Shown here piece by piece: positions 12,201 to 20,000 of a stretch of 20,000 nucleotides of DNA. The stretch lies in IMG/VR virus record IMGVR_UViG_3300033512_000271; one strand, given 5' to 3'. How positions within the stretch are numbered: the first letter of the stretch is position 1; every line of letters starts with the position of its first letter. Under the pieces are notes generated by a model that was not told the origin of the DNA, searched no databases, and saw only the letters and a list, made by a program, of their open reading frames with translations. The translations under genes and the position numbers were made by a program. The DNA is from an uncultured virus (IMG/VR IMGVR_UViG_3300033512_000271) (Duplodnaviria > Heunggongvirae > Uroviricota > Caudoviricetes).

Positions 12201-15200
12201 TAAAGAGATGCATGCCAATCGTAATAAGTTCCAAGCAGACAAACATGCTCTGTTAGCACAGACCAATGACACATCTACACTACTCAACGCTGGTGTACCA
12301 CAACGTGATGCAAAACTCAAAGCCAATGCAATCACCGCACGTTCAACTGACCTCTTGGCTCAAGTCAAAATATTAGATGTAGAAAAACAACTACAGATAA
12401 TCTACGACACCAAGATCAAAAACCTGAATGACGAATACAGAGCAGCATTCAGTGCCGCACGTACACAATCAGAAAAAGACAAAGTACAAGCTACCCATCT
12501 AAGCAGAAGAGCAGAAGTAGATACTGATAGAAAGAAATCAACAGCCGTGTACACACGCATGCATGCTGATCCACTATCCATGCCTACCCAAGACTACTCC
12601 AGAATAGAATCAGACATCAAGATAGTCAATGCTGTCTCTGCAGCCGAGAACAGAAAACAACTCTCTATCAAAGCAGCAAAAGAATTCACTGACTTCTACA
12701 ACCATATTATTCGTACAATAAGTGGTAGATTAGAAAAAATGATGTCCACCGAAATAAGCGTCGGAGGAGACCAGTCAGCATCTCTGGGCAATGTACTCAC
12801 CAACCTATCGGGAATCTCATCCAAAACATGGACGGCTGTAATAAGACGGTCAGAAGAAAGAATCTCCAAGTACAATAAATTTCTGATCAAGAAACATGCA
12901 GAGTTCAGCCATAACGCAGAAACTGTATTCCAATTCGTTGAAACAACGCAAGGCAACACCCCATTCAACGATAACGACTACAAAGACTTGCTTAAAACTC
13001 TGACGACAAAACAGAAGCGCATTAACCCTGTTACCAAGAAAGAGGAAATCAGCAAGCCGATACTACGTGATGTACAGAATGCACAAGCTGCTATCGACTC
13101 TGCCCGTATTCAAACAGCACATATGGGAGTCACAGCAGAAGCTGACCCAGAAGAATTCAATAAAGTATTTCTCTCTAACTTGAGAGTAGTGCTTAAAGGG
13201 CTGGCTGATAAGAATTTGTATACAAGCATGGCACGGTCTAAGAATGTAATAGAAGCGAGAACCAAGACTGCATTGCCTGTGCTGCCCAAAGAATCTGTCA
13301 TAGGCATGTACAACACTTTGACCGAACTCCAAGCCCAAGCTCCTAAAGGTGCTGGAGTAGGATTCAATGCAGGCACAACTTCTAAGATGCAGAAGATAGT
13401 GGGCAGCCAACCGCTTACATCTGAAAGTTTCGGTAAGATGTCTGAAGAGAATAAGCTAGAAGTGTATCGTGCAGTAGAAGCTCACTCTAAGCAAATCACC
13501 GATACTAAACTCATCGATGACATGCGGAAGAAAGTTGGCTCTCTGTATCAGAAATCAGTGGCTGCTTCTACTACTGCTGAAAAAGAACTTATTACACGTG
13601 AAGCCAAGAAATGGGAAAAGATACTTACTACTCTCTTAGATGCTAATGTGCAGTTTGCTGCTGGGATGAAAGGTTCAGGTAGTATGGGCAGCCTCATCTC
13701 TCTATATTCAGATGCTGTGCAGAAGTACAATTTGAATATTGCTGCCCATGCCCATGAAGCTGAGGCACGGGTAAAAGAAGTTATCAAAGCTATGCGGAAG
13801 GTTGATGCAAATGATACTGCCGCTATAGAAGCTATCTTGCGTGACTTGACTGACCTGAACAACATTCAGCAAGGGTTGCCTGTTACCAAGCCTGTGGGCA
13901 GACCTCATAAAGAGCAACGTGGGAAAGAGTTGGGTCAAGCTCGCCCACCAGTAGCAGTGAGCCATGATTCAGTATCTCCTTCTGTACTAGATGAAACAGC
14001 GATTGCTGCTAAGAAGAAATCATTCAGTAGCGTTACCCAAGCAGAATATATTCAACATCTATCCAAGCTGAGTATGATGATTGGGAAGATGGAAACTGCG
14101 ATAGGTGGATTGGCTGGTGCTGTAAATAGAAATAGTGAATCTCAAGCGAGCACTATGGGCAGCTTGGATAAAAACTCTGTTGCCACTGAATCCAATACTA
14201 CTGCTACCCAGCACAGTGCTGATGTAGTACGTGAGTCGATTACTATAAGAGAGCATGCTACTCCTCGTACCCCACATACTACTGAAGCAGTGACTGCTAA
14301 ACTGGAAACTGGATTAGGGAAGAAAGAAGCTGAGGTGTGGGCAGCATTGAAATCTGCATCTGGCACTTCTTTAGCCCAATTATCTAAGCTGTCGCAGCAA
14401 TTACAAGGATTTCATTCTAATTTAAATCTACCTGCTGAACAAAAAGTTGGATATGACAGAACAGTAACTGCACTGAAGGCTACTAAGCAAGTACATGCTG
14501 CATACGCAGATGTCACTGGTATCGGTCATGCAGTCGTACAGCCCAAGGGTGGGATGACATCTTTAGTACAGGGCATGGCTAAGGATGATATTACTCCTAA
14601 GATGAAATCGTCTGTTATCAAGATGGTGATGGAACTTGATAAGGTGGGATTGGATAAATTCGGAATCCACATATCTGAGAAAATGCTCAAGCTAGTATCT
14701 TCTTCTAAAGGTTCTGGTAAAGCACTACTGGCTACCTTTGCTGAAGGTATGCGTGCAGGCGATGGTCAATTGATTAGAGAGTTGACTAAGATATTGCAAT
14801 TAATCGATGAACACTTCCCTCACTCAGACCCTAAACGTGGACCACTGAAGAGATTGACTGCATCTGGTAAATCTATGATGACTACCCTTGCAGAAGGGGT
14901 CAAGCATGGTGCATCTACATTAACGGGTGCTGTATCTGGTGCTATGGATGGTGTGAAGGGCACGGTGAAGAAAGCTGCCGATGATGTGAAGAAAGAATAT
15001 CGTAATGCTGTAGAGAAGAATCATAGTGGGGAAGCATGTCCAGTAGATGTTACTTCCAGAGGTGGTGCTGCTACTGCTGCCCAACCTAAGTCTGGATTCA
15101 TGGGTAAAGTACAAGAAGCATTCGCACATACCAAGGCTGCATTGACCGCTGTAGGTTCAGTAGGTATCAGTGGAGCAATTGGTGTTGGGAATGCTATGAA

Positions 15201-18200
15201 TGCGATGTCAGAAAGAATCAAATTTGCAAATGCTGCCGCAGTAGCCCTCAAATTCACACTAGGCGGTTTGTTTGGTGTATTGGGTGGCTTGATTGTTATG
15301 ACCGTCTCAAATGGATTCTATGAATACATTCAAGCATACCTAGACAGAATTGGTTTCTCATTTGAATTTGTGATTGGTATACTCAGAGGGCTGTGGGCAT
15401 CTATCCAACAAGCAGAAATATTAGATATTCTCAGTAACAAAGTCACAGCAGTCACAGCAGCAGTAGTTGGTCTAGCACTTGGTGTAAGCTACTTATTGCC
15501 AGTATTTGGATTGTTCGGTATTGCAGTGGGCTCAAGTATGGCTCTGTTAGGCGGTGTTGGTATCGTACTCGGTGCTGTAGCGGTCAGTCTTTTTACTATG
15601 GGCGATGCATTAAGTGCCGTTTCATTTAAAACACTGATCGACACTGCGATGGATTTCAGTGCAAATGTGATTCGCTTAAGTATCGACTTAGCTGGATTGC
15701 ACTTGGCTACCAGTCTTTTCATAAAAGGTGGATTACTTGGATTAGCCACTGCTTTGCAAGCCCCAACCATAGCAATGACTACTTTAGCATTCGGTATGTC
15801 TAAAGGCATCGCATTCTATGTTGGTCAATCAGTCGCTATGACATTGTTGATTGGCACTATGGCTGTGTTACGTGGTGCATATGTGGCTACCGAAGTGGCT
15901 GTATTGGCAATTTCTTCTGCAACAACTATAGCCACTACAGCAATGTATGGGTATGCTGCAGCAGCCAAGTCCAGTGCTCTTGTTGCACCACTGATTACTG
16001 CAATGACTGCTGCATGGACGTTACTGGGCACGGCTCTATCTTTTGTGAATGTGGCTATGGGTGGGCTTTTATTTAAAGCATTCGCACCATTGGGTACGAT
16101 GATACCAGCGGCTACTACTGCTATCTATGGGTTGGCTGCCTCTATGTCCACAGTACTGTTACCTGCCATAGTATCCATTGGAGGGTATCTTTCTATCATG
16201 GGTGCTGCAATGCTCGTCAATCCTATCACATGGATGGTGGCAGGCATAGCTGCATTGGCTGCGATAGTATATTTAGCAGTACACAGCTTCGGTACTATGA
16301 ATGATACGTTGGAAGACCTTGGTAGTGTTGCTCAAGTTGTGGGTTCTCTCTTGTATGCGGCATTTAATTGGCTGTCATTCGGCTTATTAGACCAAATCTT
16401 CCCATATGTGGATGCCTTGTTATTGATTTTCTCTAATATGGGCAAGTCGATCAGTAAAGGGTTGCAAGAATTAGAAAACGGAAACATCCTAACAGGATTA
16501 TTCGATATTCTAGTAGCACCATTTTTAGTATTTGGTGCGGCAATACTGAATATCATGGCGGCAGCATTCGATTCAGTGTTATTAGGCATACCTAGCTGGA
16601 TGGGCGGATGGTTAGGCAAAATAACATTCGGAATAGTGGAAGGTGGGAAGGGTGTATATGCCTCTATCGTCACTATCCTGACCTTTGACCCAATACAGCT
16701 TGGATATGATTTAGGTAGTAGATTCGTTAAAGCTATCGGCTCTGCAATAGTAAATGCACCATCAAATGTTACATCAGCAGTATCTGATTATTTAGGCGGT
16801 GCATACAACTACGTTACAGGCAGCACTCCTGCTACTGCCCCTCCTGTGCCTGATTCTACTAAGGCTGCCGCAGACATGGGTAAGAAGTCTGGGTGGAACT
16901 TGGCTAGTTATTTCGGGATGGGTGTATCTGAAGGTACTCAGCAAGCAGTAGGTAGTGTAGATAAGATGACTGCAGAGATGGACGCTTACCTGCCACACTC
17001 ACCATCTGAGAAGGGTGCGCTACAAGCACTCGACCAATCTGCATTCGCCATTCCTAAGACTATGGCAGATGGCATCAATGCGGGAACATCTGTAGCCGTA
17101 GATGCTACAGCTAAGATGACTACTGCAATCAACAACGAATTGGGCAAGATAAAATCTGTTTCTGCATCTGTTGGTGCTTTGATGACCTCGGCAGAAATGG
17201 AAGGCACTTTGCCTGCATTACAATTAAGTGGATTGCAGGATACGTCTAAGCCCTATTTTGTTCAATCAGATGGCATGCCTACCCTTGCCTATGGGGAAAA
17301 GAGTGCTGGGTTTAGCTCTGCCTCAGAAGTGTCTACTGTAGATTCATATCTACATGCGTACAAGTCCACTGGTGGCGATACTGATGCTGCTATGGCTGAG
17401 ATTGGTAAGACACCGGGTGCTGTGGACAGCTTAAATAATGTGTTGAGTAAATTCGGTTTAGGTGAAAAAGATGTAATGCGGTTGGAAGGCATTGTGAGAC
17501 AGTTAGGCACTGTTGCGGACACGTATGCAGCTACTAGCGATAACATGATAGCTCGTAAAGAAGTGATCGATGGCTCTATGAATGGGTTGTCTGAGGATGC
17601 TCTCAAACTGTTAGCTGATAAAGCGACCGCCATAGATGCAACCATGTCCACAGTAACCTCTAAGCAGAATATAGATGTTATAAACTCTGCTATGGCTGCC
17701 GTCCGCAAAGCTAACGAATCTGAAGCTGCGTTCCAACAAGCAGTGCAGATGATATTCTCCAATAGACCAGTTTCTGCTGATTTGATGTCTCGTCTGAATG
17801 ATAATCAATTGGAGAAATTGACTACTACAGCTAACGCCCCTAACATGGATGTGGTTAGTTCAATGATGGACTCAGTCACCAGAACGAATTATGTGTCTCG
17901 TGCTGATAATCCAGTAGCAGACTCCATCACCTCAGAATTAGATAAACGTAGAACAGCGGTTTCCACTGAACAAGACAAAGAAGCTATCGTTGCCATAGAC
18001 TCACGGATGAAGTCTTCATCTGCATCTAAATCTGGCTATGCTAGAAAAGAGTTATCAGAAATCATCAATCTGAAGAACGATGCAGAATTAGCTCACTTCA
18101 AGTCTCTTGTACAGTCTATGCCAGATGTGCTTGGTGTAGAAATCATCGATATGGTGAACAATCGTGAGAAAGAACTCGTCTCCCAAGCAAAAGAGATTGA

Positions 18201-19998
18201 CACCATAGCTGCTGAGATAGCTAGTAGGAACTTTGAGAGTCAATCAGAGTTCCAGACTTACCTTGATTCATTGAAGCTCACGGAAAGATTCTCTACAGAT
18301 AACTTAGATGTGCTGCAAGCTAAATTGGCTGAGGTGGGTGCTGCTAACCCAGTCGAAAAACAAGAAGTGGCTGGCATAGACATAGGTGGCTGGTTGAACA
18401 AAGGGTTCAAATCGGTGCCTGGTAGAGTGGGAGATGTTAATCAACGGATTGATACTGCTAAGTCACAACAAGCCCAACGTGTTAAAGCCTCTCGTGAAGC
18501 GAATATTACTGGTGTTGTAGAACTGCTCGCTTCAGACGATAAGGAAAAAGGGGCTACCCTCAATACAATCAAGACTCGTTTGATTAAGATTCAGACGGAA
18601 GCCGAGATTGAAGGATTCACTGAAGGGCAGAAGATGTATGCCCAGACCCAGAGAGAGTTGATGCAGGGTGCTGAGAAATCTTCTTGGTATAACCCAATGT
18701 CATGGCTGTCCACTGGTGGTGATGGTGCTAAGAAGCAAGACACCTTCACTGGTATCAAGCACCAAAATATGCAGGCTGCACAGAACGCCTCTATATGGGT
18801 TGATGCTGAAACCTCTTTGAAGGAGATGAAAGGGGCTATTCAGAAGAGCATGATGGAAGTTGATACGTTTGATGATTTTGTTAAACGTCGCAATCAACTC
18901 GGCTTGTACATGAAGCAGACCGACATCGAATCATATAAGCATAAGTGGGAAGAAATGGAGTCCACTAAGTACTATGCTTCACAGATGAACACTGCTTCTA
19001 AGGAACGTGGGAAAGGTGTAGAGGCTAGATTGGGTCGTAATGTCAAAGAACAAATGAGCAGCACTGGTCTAGGTTCATCTGAGTTGGGCAAATTGGCTTT
19101 CGGTATGGCTGACTTGACTAAGGGTGCTGATGGCACATACTCTCGTGACCTCAAGACAGGTGCTACCCCAGATGGTGAAGCGGCTATCTTAGATACTGTA
19201 CTTCAGAAGACTCATGAGTTGAAAGCTACTCGCGATGGTATGTACAAGTCTGAAGAACTGAAGATGGTGGAGTCCATCGACCTAGTTGGTAAATTGCTTG
19301 GTCTTGATAGTGCCCGTGTTGCAGCAGCCAAGGAACGCTACCAAACAGAAGTCATTGCTACTCGTAAAAAAGAGTTTGAACGCAACTTAGCAATGGCTTC
19401 ATTGGATGAAAATAGTAAGAAACAGTTTGAATCGATTGAGAAGTACGGTGTGGAAGAGGGAACGCTTCGCCATAAACAGAGCCGCATAGTAGAGGGAACA
19501 CAGGCTGTAACAAATCGCAGAACAGAAATGGAAACTGCGGGTATGTCTGAAGTAGATAAGAATCGTATCCTGTACACCCGCAGCTACGGGAAAGCTATTG
19601 CAGATCAACTTACCGCTATGGACAAGACTAAGGCTGCCAAAGATGCAATATACACTGCTGACATGCAGTTACAAACAGCAGGCATGCCTGAATATTTAGC
19701 AAAAATGACTGAAAACTCTCGCAAGATGTCAGCAGAAGATGCGAAAGCTATCAGTATGAAGGAACGTTTAACTGATTACACCAAACAAATGGCTGCGGGT
19801 CAACGTGAAATAGCTGCCCTATCTACCATGAACACTCAAGCAGCAGCCAGAGAACGTTTAATTTCAGAAAAAGGATTTACTGAAAAGCAAGCTGACGACA
19901 TCATGGGTATCGAACAAACCAAGAAGTCTTTGGAAAAGGCTAGAACCCTGAAGCTGGAAGTTGAGAAGTACCAACTGCTCAGTGAAACAGATCGTACA
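1..19998 (+). CDS. Giant phage tail tape-measure protein (TP901-like), partial at both ends, >6,666 aa
   Basis: Manual translation of frame +1 (KKLMSSFDRLRNDLKTKAVGTVDKMYNAMVQSLEAKMKLVNSQLEEIGISVYEGIKPLF... to ...KLEVEKYQLLSETDRT) shows no TAA/TAG/TGA over 6,666 codons. The TMP call rests on recognised motifs: a TP901-core-like N-terminal segment, AMLVNPITWMVAGIAALAAIVY (~16207-16272), PHSPAKVGPL-type modules, Trp spaced 11 residues apart, and alternating hydrophobic and coiled-coil-like composition. The ORF itself is near certain; the product call comes from motif recognition, not a database search. Confidence 0.9.
1543..1731 (+). repeat. PHS..K.GPL module, copy 1 of 3 (63 aa, protein-level repeat)
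   Basis: SGTAFVTTFAGGVMAGLGYLISVIEFVTSSIDAYFPHSPAKVGPLGELDTSGESLITTFMKGV; aligns without gaps to copies 2 and 3. Confidence 0.85.
2269..2493 (+). repeat. Two degenerate protein repeats, 41-aa period, with 11-residue Trp spacing
   Basis: WLSARFHDISMWMDGLYESMKDSTTFLISNIPSL (2269) vs WVSAQISSLSGWFNTFYNRIGDAYTFLFNGIASL (2392): 13 of 34 residues identical, no gaps. Confidence 0.7.
2644..2697 (+). repeat. In-frame 18-bp tandem repeat encoding a Pro/Ser/Thr linker
   Basis: CCCTCTTCTACCCCCAGC occurs twice exactly (2644-2679), followed by the degenerate copy CCTTCTACTACACCAGCC; encodes PSSTPS-PSSTPS-PSTTPA. Confidence 0.9.
5960..7400 (+). other. Hydrophobic cluster 1 within the TMP (multiple putative transmembrane helices)
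   Basis: Successive long uncharged runs, e.g. FSVALIGIGVLVLALTGSIGMLGFGIGGAVFIATAAIATLG, MLSLLGAAVGVVLPFLFGMNAVMLGIGLTITTVSLTFGLL, LAVVGMVAALSYLTIPATVILPSVVLGFSLLGVAVTAVSFTVY and LIYIFAGVLIAIGLISSPLYLLAGTV. Judged by eye. Confidence 0.7.
7990..14700 (+). other. Long K/E/Q/R-rich helical, coiled-coil-like region (~2,200 aa) within the TMP
   Basis: Charged, heptad-like sequence such as IDEVVRTVSKLEAEEEKLKAKIDKY and LGDLTAKLDTTTQNIGILNGKLANEQNDVVKQQIQLAIKEQE. Only one short amphipathic interruption (~10260-10560). Confidence 0.7.
14713..14901 (+). repeat. PHS..K.GPL module, copy 2 of 3
   Basis: SGKALLATFAEGMRAGDGQLIRELTKILQLIDEHFPHSDPKRGPLKRLTASGKSMMTTLAEGV. Confidence 0.85.
15230..16700 (+). 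other. Hydrophobic cluster 2 within the TMP, including the NPITW motif
   Basis: FTLGGLFGVLGGLIVMTV, VTAAVVGLALGVSYLLPVFGLFGIAVGSSMALLGGVGIVLGAVAVSLF, VLLPAIVSIGGYLSIMGAAMLVNPITWMVAGIAALAAIVYLAV and ILVAPFLVFGAAILNIMAAAF. Confidence 0.75.
16888..17076 (+). repeat. PHS..K.GPL module, copy 3 of 3
   Basis: SGWNLASYFGMGVSEGTQQAVGSVDKMTAEMDAYLPHSPSEKGALQALDQSAFAIPKTMADGI. Confidence 0.8.
19381..19998 (+). repeat. Degenerate ~47-50-aa protein repeats running off the window edge
   Basis: Anchors MASLDE, ETAGMSE, QTAGMPE, LSTMNT and YQLLSE are spaced 47, 47, 48 and 50 codons apart. A YG pair recurs exactly 47 codons apart (KYG at 19441, SYG at 19582). Confidence 0.55.
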
Positions 19999-20000
19999 GC

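Noticed and set aside
7990..14700. SMC/myosin-like or other cellular coiled-coil protein, or a giant adhesin/NRPS/PKS
   Set aside because: No Walker A/B, Ig-like, RTX, beta-helix or condensation/ketosynthase motifs were seen, and the region is in frame with clear TMP-type motifs.
14701..14730. SKGSGKA as a P-loop (Walker A)
   Set aside because: It lacks the GxxxxGK[ST] pattern and a preceding hydrophobic beta strand; the SG is the start of repeat module copy 2.
18685..18708. WYNPMSWL as a distinct functional domain
   Set aside because: It is a short aromatic motif of a kind I recall from other phage tail proteins, but it occurs once and is too short to support a call.
318..19608. All minus-strand ORFs in the supplied track (60-293 aa), including 4125..4823 and 7545..8426
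   Set aside because: All lie antisense to the continuous frame +1 ORF, have the Ser/Leu/Ile/Thr-rich composition typical of shadow frames, and show no recognisable motifs.
1..20000. Stop-codon reassignment or programmed frameshift as an explanation for the lack of + strand ORFs
   Set aside because: Frame +1 contains no TAG, TGA or TAA at all under the standard code, so no recoding is needed. The window gives no evidence for or against an alternative code.

Overview
The whole 20 kb window is the interior of one uninterrupted + strand reading frame (frame +1, nt 1..19998, 6,666 codons). I translated it by hand and found no in-frame stop. It is open at both window edges, which probably explains why the supplied ORF track misses it and lists only antisense shadow ORFs. 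The product looks like a giant phage tail tape-measure protein (TMP). It starts with a segment resembling the end of the TP901-family TMP core and has 11-residue aromatic periodicity, the 'NPITW..AGIAAL' TMP motif, two large hydrophobic clusters and a ~2,200-aa charged helical stretch. It also carries three gapless copies of a 63-aa 'PHS..K.GPL' module and ~47-aa degenerate repeats at the 3' edge. At more than 6,666 aa it would specify a tail of about 1 micrometre or longer if the usual ruler holds. At the DNA level, GGCC appears to be absent and CGCG nearly absent, and synonymous codon bias shifts along the gene. No RNA genes, CRISPR arrays, mobile elements or intergenic regions were seen.
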